Assembly: GCA_016185625.1 (NCBI GenBank)
Contig: JACPND010000040.1
Coordinates: 1 to 30,677, forward strand
Direction: 5' to 3'
Source: Candidatus Woesearchaeota archaeon
GTDB taxonomy: Archaea; Nanobdellota; Nanobdellia; Woesearchaeales; GW2011-AR9
Length of the DNA stretch: 30,677 nt
The notes beneath the pieces are model-generated. The model made no database searches, had not been told where the DNA came from, and saw only the letters and a program-made list of their open reading frames with translations. Shown here in pieces: positions 8,039 through 16,067 of the stretch; within the stretch, counting starts at the first letter, position 1, and every line of letters starts with the position of its first letter. A program made the translations under genes and the position numbers.

Positions 8039-9298
8039 TCAGAATTTATATCCTATTCGTGCGCCGGCGACGGATTTCGCTGTAGTGAAATTGCCTCCCG
8101 CATGCCCCTGCACACAAACCGGACCATAGCACAGATCAATAGTTAATGCTCCGCCGTAACTTCTGCTTGTTTCGCTGGCCAAGTCCACTTTGCTGGCACT
8201 CAATTCCGGCCCGACGTTGGCAGCAGTCCTTGTCTGCAATTGTGCTTTTCTAGTTTTGGTCGTTTCAGTTTCCATTGTTCCCTGATATCCATTCACTACG
8301 GCGCCGAGCTGCAGTGAACCATTTTCCCCTTTCGCAAGCGGGAATTTAATCCCGACTCCCGCAAAGGCCTGTTTGTTCAAAGTTTCTTTGACGGATTCAT
8401 CCAGCGAAGTCGTTTGCTGATAGCCATGTCCAACTGATTCCGTACTCGGTGTTCCGGGAGTCTTGCTGGATTCAGTCACTCCTTCACCAAAAATAGAGCC
8501 GCCATTGATACAAGCTTGGAACGATTTACCATAGCACAATTCAGCGCCTGCGGTCTTCCCGTAATTAGAGAGGCCCAAAAACGGCGTCAGGGAGAGATAC
8601 TGAGAGAAACTGTCGTCTATCCGTCCTTGCTTTTGCCCTTCCGTTTCCGTCAGATTCGCAGCAACAGTTTGCTCCAGCAATTCCTTTCGGGCAGTATAGG
8701 AAGCTTCGGCAGCGGTACATGCCGTAAACAGCTCATTCGCTTTCGCGGCATTTGCTTGCACCAGCTTCAGGACTTCTCCACGTAAGGTTGCTTGCTCTGA
8801 CGCTGAAAGGGTATTAATATTATCTAATCTTCCCGCCAGCGTTTTATCCATTTCTTGCACGAAACCAACATACCCAGCACATCTGCCGTCAAAGTCTGTT
8901 TTCAACGTAGCGACAGCATCTAACGAAGGCTGCAAGGCTTTATACAATAATTGCATACTTTCCGGACCTTGCTCCCATTGTTCAAGTTGCGATTTCAATG
9001 AAGCATAGTCAGCAGCTTGCGTGGCGAATTGTTCTTGCACGGCAGTTAACGCTGTGTTCACTTGAGCTTTGAAAGATGTATAATCCGTGATAGTCCCAGA
9101 AACCAGCTCCTGCAAGGCCTGCAATGGTCGGACTGCACTTTTTTTCTTTGCCCCGGGCTTTGCCGCCGTGCTTGCCGAAGCAGCTGACCCACTTCCCACC
9201 GGCACGACCGTAACTGCTTGTGCCGATTGAGCCGCGGCATCCGCAGCACTCAATCCGATGACTAACCCTAATCCTGCAATATAATTTCGTAATGACAT
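8039..9298 (-). CDS. secreted protein: Ala/Ser-rich linker, coiled-coil region, C-terminal beta-barrel-like module
   Basis: I place the start at ATG 9298 ([24 protein letters not shown], a Sec-type signal), one nt after the stop of the upstream gene. The track's upstream extension to 9421 overlaps that gene. The middle is heptad-like. The last ~185 aa are Gly/aromatic-rich with alternating hydrophobic strands and end in ARIGYKF. Confidence 0.75.
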
Positions 9299-9299
9299 T

Positions 9300-10526
9300 T
9301 TATTTCCCCTCCGCTTTGAACATGACGTATCCTGATGTTGCATCTTCAGGTGCGCATAAGTTTTTTGTTTTGTCGGCAAACTTAACCGCCCATTCGCTGT
9401 CTGTGGTATCCAACCCGCCATTCAGAGCACCATACAAGCGACGTACTGCTTGTTCACAATTCTCTGCCGGCACGATGAGGCTTCCCCCTACTGAGGCAAG
9501 GAATTCATTAACGACCTTCTTGACTTCTTTCGGATCATCAACATCAACTTTATCTTGCCAGCTATCGGCAATCCACTTCACCTTATCATTATATTTCCTA
9601 ATCAAATCCTTCACTGTCCCATCCGTTTTTCCATCATTATCCCAATCCACAGGATTTTCATCGGCACGTGCTTTGGCCGCTTCAGCATCTGATAAATCTT
9701 TGAGTTTATTTTCTGCAGCGTACAGATCAGATTTAGTCTTCTGTAAGTCGGCCTCATAACCAGCAGCCATTCGCTGGGAGGCATCTTCTCTGCTCCTCAG
9801 AACTTGTGACATTTGGGCAATACTCTCCACTGTTCCTTCCAATTGCGCCATGGACGAAGGTGGCAGTCCAACCATATCGGTGTATTTTTGTGGAACAGCG
9901 TTGTAGGCAATAACGCCACCCGCAGCTATCGCAGCCACACCGGCAACAACCGCCGCCCAGCCGCGTCGAAATGCGCTCTTTTGAGCAGCAGCGAGATTTT
10001 GTTCAGATTGATTTAGATTTTGTTTAGATTGATTTAGATGATATCCCAGCGAATTTTTCTGTTTACGTCGCAGGGAAGCTAATTCTTCCGTAGACTCCTT
10101 GCCACCCGAAAAATAGTCTGCTGTTCTCTCCAAAGCTTCTTTCTCTTTAGCGTCTTTTTTTGCTGGAGTGATCGAATTAGCGCGTAGAGCTGCTTGAAAC
10201 TGATTCCAAGGCAACAAGCCAGTTGCTACCCATCTATGGACGTAATCTGCTTTATGATCATCACCTTCCGTTATAGCATACAATACATCAAATACATTTG
10301 CTACTGTCTTCGTAAGATAGGCTTCGGCTATTTCTGAATCGGCAGGCACTTCTCCTTTTACCCATTTAAGGGAATCGGCAACATAATCCAATATTCTAGC
10401 ATCACCATGATAGGCCGTAAGAATTTTCTTGCCGACTTCTTCCGCTGCTTTTTTATCCGGAACATTAAATTTTTCGTCTTCTAAATAATTCACAAATGCA
10501 TCCAGAGTGTTGATTGTCACAGCCAT
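9300..10526 (-). CDS. type II membrane protein: cytoplasmic N-domain, single TM helix, extracellular coiled-coil domain
   Basis: No signal peptide. KSAFRRGW precedes the TM helix AAVVAGVAAIAAGGVIAYNAV (positive-inside rule). The C-terminal part is coiled-coil-like and carries DWDNDGKTDG. I prefer the ATG at 10526, with GGAGGAG 6 nt upstream, over the TTG at 10541. Confidence 0.75.
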   Translation of the reverse strand: MAVTINTLDAFVNYLEDEKFNVPDKKAAEEVGKKILTAYHGDARILDYVADSLKWVKGEVPADSEIAEAYLTKTVANVFDVLYAITEGDDHKADYVHRWVATGLLPWNQFQAALRANSITPAKKDAKEKEALERTADYFSGGKESTEELASLRRKQKNSLGYHLNQSKQNLNQSEQNLAAAQKSAFRRGWAAVVAGVAAIAAGGVIAYNAVPQKYTDMVGLPPSSMAQLEGTVESIAQMSQVLRSREDASQRMAAGYEADLQKTKSDLYAAENKLKDLSDAEAAKARADENPVDWDNDGKTDGTVKDLIRKYNDKVKWIADSWQDKVDVDDPKEVKKVVNEFLASVGGSLIVPAENCEQAVRRLYGALNGGLDTTDSEWAVKFADKTKNLCAPEDATSGYVMFKAEGK

Positions 10527-10572
10527 AATTATCTCCTCCAAAATATTACAATACTACTTAAAAGTAGGCACC

Positions 10573-10583
10573 TATATATAAAT
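10573..10583 (-). promoter_or_regulatory. TATA-like box of the envelope operon
   Basis: Minus strand ATTTATATATA lies about 50 nt upstream of ATG 10526. This leaves room for a short leader containing the GGAGGAG site. Confidence 0.45.
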
Positions 10584-10887
10584 CTTTTGGAATGATTGCT
10601 AATTTAAAGTAGTGACATACCTCTCTGCCGGAATGCTCCTGTTGCGTACTATATATTAATATGGGTGTCTTGGGCTTTGCGTATAACTTCTAGTTATCAT
10701 TTGCTGTTCGGTGTAAAAAGTTTCAGTAGAATTCGGTTAGTTTCTTCACCATTAAATCAACTTTTAGTTCTATTTTTCTTTGTGATTCAAATCAATATTA
10801 CAATAAATAAATAGTATTGGAATAAGGTTGTAGTATTCCACCAGAAATTGAGGATTAGAAGGGATATTTTATACTATGCAAATCCTA

Positions 10888-12084
10888 TTAGGCTCCCAAA
10901 TTCCTCCACACCTGATAGAGTATCCCCAGCGCAAACATCAGGATGATCAGTATCCCGACAAATTTCAGTTTGGGAAGCGAATACTCCGGCTTCCTGTCTC
11001 CTGCTGTTTTTGCTTTCCAGTACATCAGCGTTATCAGGATGCCGTCAATGCCGCCGGCGACTGCTCCGGTAACTCCCAGCACGGCAATAAATGTGGCTAG
11101 ATTAAATCCAGCTGCCAGCAGCGGCACGATAAAGGCAGCCGCAAACGCTGTTTTCCTCGGAATTCCATAATCATATTCATAGATCCCGATTAAGGCGATG
11201 CTCAGCGACAAAAAGGAGGTAAACATGGCCAATACCGCAAACATATTCGCCAACATTCCCAACAGCGGCGTGGAATACAGGCTCAGGGCGATGGTCGCAA
11301 TCCGTTCATTGGGCTTCAGCAGCTCAAATTGGTCCAGCCCCACCAAGCCCATGATCACAAAGGTAAACAGCATATATAATATAATGGGGATGATTGACCC
11401 GATCATAATGGCTTTCTTCATCAGTTTCTTGTCTCGGCCCAAGACTTCCTGCAGCTCTGGAATTGCGGGAGAGCCGACAAAAGCAAACAAAATGACGCCA
11501 TAGGGAAAAAACAGCATTCCGAAATCTCTGGTTGTAAGATGCGTCAGGTTAATCCGGTCAAAAGAAACAATCCCGGTCAACAGCACGACTGCCAAGAGCA
11601 GGCAGATTAGCGCCAGTTCTGTCTTTCCTGCAGCCTTAATCCCCAAATACACAATCACAGCTGCTATCACAAAAAAAATCAGCGTAAAGAAGAGCGGCGT
11701 CCCCATACCAAAAATCTGATGCAGCGTGGCCCCTTCGCCAATTAAATATGCTGTAAGCGCACCATAAATCGCAAAGCCCATAGTCAGCGTCATCAGCCGC
11801 TTTCCGGTCTTGCCCAGATATTTCCCGGCGTATCCCGTCAATTGGTGCTGTTCTTTCGTCCGCAGGACGACCTCGCCCGCAAACAGATTCAGGAAGACGA
11901 AAATAATGCCGATGACGGCCATGAGAATAAAGCCATAAAGGAATCCTGTCTTCGCCACGACATAGGGAATTCCTAAAATACCCGCCCCCACAATTGTTCC
12001 CATCAACGTAGCCACAGCAATCCACAGCTTATTCCTCGCCCAGAAGCCAGTATATTCTTGAGGGATGCCTCTTTTTTTGAACAT
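10888..12084 (-). CDS. amino-acid permease (Trp/Tyr-permease / Aa_trans-like, about 11 TM helices)
   Basis: 398 aa, highly hydrophobic. The N-terminal MGTIVGAGILGIPYVVAKTGFLYG is typical of this transporter superfamily. A TATA-like ATTTATATA (12107-12115, minus sense) lies about 27 nt upstream of the ATG. Confidence 0.85.
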   Translation of the reverse strand: MFKKRGIPQEYTGFWARNKLWIAVATLMGTIVGAGILGIPYVVAKTGFLYGFILMAVIGIIFVFLNLFAGEVVLRTKEQHQLTGYAGKYLGKTGKRLMTLTMGFAIYGALTAYLIGEGATLHQIFGMGTPLFFTLIFFVIAAVIVYLGIKAAGKTELALICLLLAVVLLTGIVSFDRINLTHLTTRDFGMLFFPYGVILFAFVGSPAIPELQEVLGRDKKLMKKAIMIGSIIPIILYMLFTFVIMGLVGLDQFELLKPNERIATIALSLYSTPLLGMLANMFAVLAMFTSFLSLSIALIGIYEYDYGIPRKTAFAAAFIVPLLAAGFNLATFIAVLGVTGAVAGGIDGILITLMYWKAKTAGDRKPEYSLPKLKFVGILIILMFALGILYQVWRNLGA

Positions 12085-12129
12085 AGCTTCAGATAATATA
12101 GTATAGATTTATATACCTTGCTTTTCCAG

Positions 12130-12302
12130 GGCACTATCCAAAAAGTGAGTGATGGCAGGCCGTCTGACCAACCGAAAACCAGATTTTTTCCAAGATGCAC
12201 AACTCTCGTAATTATCTATAATTTTCGGACCTTAACTGGAGCAGATAGTCCTCTTGGTCAGACACGTATTGGCCTAGCCATCACTCACAAAACGGATAGT
12301 GC
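12130..12302. mobile_element. MITE-like element, family I, copy a (173 bp)
   Basis: Ends are GGCACTATCC-AAAAA-GTGAGTGATGG and CCATCACTCAC-AAAAC-GGATAGTGC, a split terminal inverted repeat. Internal inverted GTCTGACCAA / TTGGTCAGAC. Flanked by a perfect 9-bp direct repeat CTTTTCCAG at 12121-12129 and 12303-12311. Confidence 0.85.
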
Positions 12303-12498
12303 CTTTTCCAGAACAGAACCAGTCGATGAAGTCGCCATGAATAAAGGATGGATGAGTACGTTAGGCAACGTCTACGAACAGCAAAGGAAAGATTTTCCTC
12401 ATGGTGCTGAAATTGACGGATTGAAAAGTATTGAAGAAACTAAGAAAATCATCCAACACGCCGTCAAGAAAATAATGAAGAAATAACATTAAAAAGAA

Positions 12499-12617
12499 TG
12501 GGGACGCTGGGATTTGAACCCAGACCTAAGGCTGTCTTCGGGAAGATTTTGTTATCGCCTTTCGCGCAACCCTCCGCGACTGGAGGCCCCAATCCTGCCG
12601 GGTTAGACTACGTCCCC
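12499..12617 (-). tRNA. tRNA-Trp (anticodon CCA) with a 46-nt intron after position 37
   Basis: Hand-folded cloverleaf:
- acceptor GGGGACG/CGTCCCC with discriminator A
- D arm GTCT-AACCCGGCA-GGAT
- anticodon stem GGGGC/GCCTT
- anticodon loop CUCCAG|A
- T arm CTGGG-TTCAAAT-CCCAG

The intron is about 12534-12579 and forms its own helices. No encoded CCA. TTCTTTTT follows the 3' end. Confidence 0.85.
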
Positions 12618-12640
12618 ATAGCCCAGAAAAAAAGAACTGG

Positions 12641-12650
12641 TTTTATTAAG
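12641..12650 (-). promoter_or_regulatory. TATA-like box of tRNA-Trp
   Basis: Minus strand CTTAATAAAA centred about 28 nt upstream of the tRNA 5' end. Confidence 0.4.
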
Positions 12651-12657
12651 GTTGCTG

Positions 12658-13032
12658 TCATTTTACGTACTCTACATTCTCCAGTCTCTCAAACTGGCGA
12701 TCACCGGTGAGAAAGCTCACGCCCCTGGTTAGTGCAATGACATAACCAAGACAGTCAACGTACGATAATTTCTGCTTCTTCATTGCCGCTTTGAACTGAT
12801 TTGCTCTTTTGATGGTGTGATCATCAATTTCTACTGCAAAAGGAAGCAGTTTGTCATAATAGAAATCAGCTTTCTCTTTTCCATAGGTTCGCAACAAGCC
12901 ATGATGAACTTCCATCAGGTTCATTTTCGTGGTAATTATTCCCACGTTCTTCCGATAGGGGTTGTAATTCTTGTTTCCTTCAATAATTTCAAAGAACGCG
13001 TAGGAATCGAAAAAGAATGTTCTTAGTTCCAT
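12658..13032 (-). CDS. vapC: PIN-domain ribonuclease toxin (VapC-like)
   Basis: 124 aa with the PIN acidic positions in FFFDSYAF, SYVDCLGY and FLTGDRQF. Overlaps the upstream antitoxin gene by 10 nt. Confidence 0.85.
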   Translation of the reverse strand: MELRTFFFDSYAFFEIIEGNKNYNPYRKNVGIITTKMNLMEVHHGLLRTYGKEKADFYYDKLLPFAVEIDDHTIKRANQFKAAMKKQKLSYVDCLGYVIALTRGVSFLTGDRQFERLENVEYVK

Positions 13033-13232
13033 CCTCTCCTCACCAGATCTTTAAATTTCTGTCCCGATAATTTCCGCGGAAGAGAACCAAAGAGTCTAGT
13101 CAGATCGGCTTCTTTCACCACTTCAAATAGTATTTTATCATTCTCCTGTAAGTGTTCTTTCTCCACCAAGTCTTTGGGGAGAATCACACCCATAGAATTC
13201 CCCCATTTTCGGACGATGGCTTCGGTGGTCAT
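13023..13232 (-). CDS. vapB: AbrB/SpoVT/MazE-fold antitoxin (VapB-like)
   Basis: 69 aa. The N-terminal VRKWGNSMGVILPKDLV is the swapped-hairpin AbrB-type DNA-binding motif. Confidence 0.85.
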   Translation of the reverse strand: MTTEAIVRKWGNSMGVILPKDLVEKEHLQENDKILFEVVKEADLTRLFGSLPRKLSGQKFKDLVRRGWN

Positions 13233-13275
13233 GGTTATACTATAGTATAATTAGGATATAACTATTTAAGACTTT

Positions 13276-13473
13276 CTACGGCTCTTCAGGTATAATTATC
13301 CAGGCAATCAGGTACGCTAAAAGCCCTAAACCCATAGAGAGCAGCGTGCCGATTACCCAGATCAGGCGAACGATTACGGGATCAACATTAAAATAATGAG
13401 CAATTCCAGAGCAGACGCCGCCGAGAACACGGTCTTTCCTGCTGCGGTATAATCGCTTAATTTGAGTGCCCAT
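13276..13473 (-). CDS. PspC-domain membrane protein
   Basis: 65 aa. LYRSRKDRVLGGVCSGIAHYFNVDPVIVRLIWV followed by a TM helix matches the PspC domain pattern. Confidence 0.8.
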   Translation of the reverse strand: MGTQIKRLYRSRKDRVLGGVCSGIAHYFNVDPVIVRLIWVIGTLLSMGLGLLAYLIAWIIIPEEP

Positions 13474-13492
13474 ATCCTGAAAAATACAGTAA

Positions 13493-13505
13493 GTATATAA
13501 AAAAG
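13493..13505. promoter_or_regulatory. shared TATA element between divergent PspC-domain and RtcA genes
   Basis: GTATATAAAAAAG is centred about 25-27 nt from both the minus-strand ATG at 13473 and the plus-strand ATG at 13525. Confidence 0.4.
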
Positions 13506-13524
13506 TATTTATTTGTTTTCTAAA

Positions 13525-14589
13525 ATGATTACCCTTGACGGTTCTTCAGGAGAAGGCGGCGGCGCCTTAGTCAGAGTAGCACTCGCTCTTTCCACTTTCA
13601 CCGGAAAAGAATTTTCCGTCGCCAATATCCGTTCCGGCCGGAAAGAACCAGGATTGAAAGCGCAGCATCTCACTGCCATCAAGGCGCTACAAAAAATCTG
13701 CAGCGCCCGAACCAATGAGGTGAAACTAGGCTCCACAGAATTGAAATTCACCCCCGGAAAAATCAAAGCCGGACGATACGAATTTGACATCGGAACAGCC
13801 GGCAGCATTTCTTTATTTCTTCAGGCAGTTCTTCTTCCCTGCCTCTTCGCTCCCAGAAAAACAACGATCACGGTCATCGGCGGCACCAGCGGCAAATGGG
13901 CTTCTTCCGTCGATTATCTGAATTATGTAGTGCTGCCGCACCTGCGCCGTTTTGTTGAAAAGATAGAAATTAAAATTGAACAGCGCGGCTATTATCCCGA
14001 AGGCGGCGGGAAAGTGACAGCAGAAATAACACCGAAGATAAAAATGGAAAACTCATTCACCTCTCTTGACTTCTCTTTGGTTCCTAAAATTCAACTGGCT
14101 GAACAGGGAAAACTCGAGCAGATCAAAGGCTTAATTAACGTCTCAGCAGAATTAGAAGAACCCCAGGTCGCGGAACGCATCCGAAGAGCAGCGGAAGCGA
14201 AGCTACGGAAATATCAAGTACCCATCAACATCCGTCTCGAATACGCTAAATCCCGCAGCATCGGCGGCGAAGCGTTATTCTGGGCCGTGTTTGATACTGA
14301 AGTGATTCTCGGAGCCGATTCATTAATTGAAAAAGGCAGGCGATCAGAAGATATCGGGACGGAAGCGGCTGAGAAATTAATCGTGGAGATTGATTCCGGT
14401 GCTGCGGTGGATGTTCATGCTGAAGACCAGTTGATTCCGTTCCTGGCTCTGCTCCCGGGTTCAACAATAAAAGTGAGAGAAGTAACCCAGCATGCGAAGA
14501 CGAATATCTATGTGGTAGAGAAATTCTTGCCGGTGAAGTTTGAGGTGAAGGATTCTGTTATTGCAGTCAGGGGGTTATTTAAAGCATAG
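13525..14589 (+). CDS. rtcA: RNA 3'-terminal phosphate cyclase
   Basis: MITLDGSSGEGGGALVRVALALSTFTGKEFSVANIRSGRKEPGLKAQHLTAIKAL is the conserved RtcA N-terminus. I prefer the ATG at 13525 over the track's TTG at 13513. Confidence 0.9.
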   Translation: MITLDGSSGEGGGALVRVALALSTFTGKEFSVANIRSGRKEPGLKAQHLTAIKALQKICSARTNEVKLGSTELKFTPGKIKAGRYEFDIGTAGSISLFLQAVLLPCLFAPRKTTITVIGGTSGKWASSVDYLNYVVLPHLRRFVEKIEIKIEQRGYYPEGGGKVTAEITPKIKMENSFTSLDFSLVPKIQLAEQGKLEQIKGLINVSAELEEPQVAERIRRAAEAKLRKYQVPINIRLEYAKSRSIGGEALFWAVFDTEVILGADSLIEKGRRSEDIGTEAAEKLIVEIDSGAAVDVHAEDQLIPFLALLPGSTIKVREVTQHAKTNIYVVEKFLPVKFEVKDSVIAVRGLFKA

Positions 14590-14671
14590 TTAACAGTGCT
14601 ACTCCAGAATACTAATCTTTAAAAAAAGAAAAATTCTTGACCCATTATTTAAGCTCATCTGGGGTGGAATC

Positions 14672-15751
14672 ATGAACAAATATGCAGTATCTCTGTTGAT
14701 ATGTATCTTATTTCTCGTCGTTGCCTGCGCACCGGCACAGCAGCCATCCAAAACCGACACGGTCAACATCGGTTTCATGGCACCGTTAAGCGGCGATGCC
14801 GCCAGTTACGGATTAAGCATCCTTAAAGGCGCGCAAGTAGCAGTCGAACAAGCTGGCGTAACCAACGTCAAATTAATTGCCGAAGATTCCAAATGCGATC
14901 CCAAAGAAGCGGTTTCCGCTATTAACAAGCTGATTACTGTTGATAAAGTCCAGGCCATTGTCGGTGAAGTGTGTTCCGGTGCTACTTTGGCCGCTGCGCC
15001 GATTGCCGAACAAAACAGTGTCGTCCTGATCAGCTCAGCTTCCACTAGTCCAAAAATAACCACGGCTGGCGATTACATCTTCCGCAGCGTGCCCAGTGAT
15101 GCGCATCAGGCTGCCTTTGGTGCGGAACTCGTAGTCAAAAAATACAAAAAATTGGCGATTCTGTATAGCAATGAAGAATATGGCGCAGGCTTCAACAGCG
15201 TCTTGAAAGAAGCGTTTCCTAAATTAGGCGGCGAAATTGTTGCCAGCGAAGCGGTGGAGCGTGGTTCCGTTGATTTGCGGACGCAATTGACTAAAATCAA
15301 GAATTCCAAAGCCGATGCCATTTACATCATCAGCAATTCTCCTGATTCAGCGGTTGCGGCCTTGAAGCAGATCAAGGAACTCGGCATCAACGCTGCCATT
15401 TTCGGATCTGAAGGATTAAAAAGCCAGGCGATTCTTGATGGCGCAGGAAATGCGGCTGAAGGAATGATTCTGACTTCTGTCACCTCTGGAAATATCGGCT
15501 TCCTCACCAAGCACAAGCAGAAATATGGGGTGGAACCCGGGCCCTTTGCCGCGCAGGCGCATGACGCGTTTAAAGCCCTTGCCTTGGCGATCAAAAATGG
15601 CGCTGCCGCAGGACCGCAAATCAGGAACGAACTGTACAAAGTTTCCTTTGATGGTGCTGCTGGCTCGGTACGCTTCGACAGCAACGGCGATTTAGCGACG
15701 GCGAGTTACGAAGTCTACAAAGTAGAGAAAGGAAAGTTTGAACCACAGTAA
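14672..15751 (+). CDS. ABC transporter substrate-binding protein, branched-chain amino-acid (LivJ/K) type
   Basis: Signal/lipobox-like N-terminus (LFLVVACAP), then GFMAPLSGDAASYG and IVGEVCSGATLAAAPIAEQ, typical of Leu/Ile/Val-binding (Peripla_BP_6-like) proteins. Confidence 0.85.
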   Translation: MNKYAVSLLICILFLVVACAPAQQPSKTDTVNIGFMAPLSGDAASYGLSILKGAQVAVEQAGVTNVKLIAEDSKCDPKEAVSAINKLITVDKVQAIVGEVCSGATLAAAPIAEQNSVVLISSASTSPKITTAGDYIFRSVPSDAHQAAFGAELVVKKYKKLAILYSNEEYGAGFNSVLKEAFPKLGGEIVASEAVERGSVDLRTQLTKIKNSKADAIYIISNSPDSAVAALKQIKELGINAAIFGSEGLKSQAILDGAGNAAEGMILTSVTSGNIGFLTKHKQKYGVEPGPFAAQAHDAFKALALAIKNGAAAGPQIRNELYKVSFDGAAGSVRFDSNGDLATASYEVYKVEKGKFEPQ

Positions 15752-16067
15752 GAGAAAAGGAATTGCCATACAAAAAATGGAAGATAGCAGTTTGGAATCT
15801 CTGGCTCGAGATCTGTTACATAAATTTGACCGTTGTGGAATTAGTATCATCCCTCATGGAGGAAATTATTGGGTGAAACTGGGGAGAAATCCCGAAGGAA
15901 ACATCAGCAGCCTGGAGGTCTGTCCTGGGAAAGGCCCAATGTCCATTGCCGTTGTTGAAAATGTGACTGGATATTATAAAGCGCTACCTTCTGGATATGG
16001 TTGGACAGGAAGATTAAAAGGTGCGAAGGAAGTAAGAGGCATGGAGGTATTATACCAAAGGACATAA
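15738..16067 (+). CDS. hypothetical protein
   Basis: 109-codon ORF overlapping the livJ-like stop. The start is uncertain, and MEDSSLE at 15778 is an alternative. No family recognised. A hairpin overlaps its stop codon. Confidence 0.35.
   Translation: MNHSKRKGIAIQKMEDSSLESLARDLLHKFDRCGISIIPHGGNYWVKLGRNPEGNISSLEVCPGKGPMSIAVVENVTGYYKALPSGYGWTGRLKGAKEVRGMEVLYQRT

Noticed and set aside
10001-10042. Tandem 21-bp duplication (18 of 21 identical) in the membrane-anchor gene
   Set aside because: It is real, but it simply encodes a duplicated NQS(K/E)QNL heptad in a low-complexity cytoplasmic linker. It is not a separate element.
10527-10541. TTG start giving an MEEII extension of the 413-aa protein. 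The analogous MEEDK extension occurs at 5858-5872.
   Set aside because: In both cases the extra codons are themselves the GGAGGA(G/A) ribosome-binding site placed 6 nt before an ATG. The ATG at 5857 also starts directly with a signal peptide.
12118-12486. 122-aa plus-strand ORF
   Set aside because: Its first ~60 codons are the family I MITE (12130-12302). At most a 49-aa remainder from ATG 12337 (MNKGWMSTLGNVYEQQRKDF...) could be real, and I have no support for it.
12534-12579. C/D box guide RNA inside the tRNA-Trp intron, as known in some archaea
   Set aside because: There is no RUGAUGA (C box) or CUGA (D box) in the 46-nt intron, and it is too short for a complete C/D sRNA.
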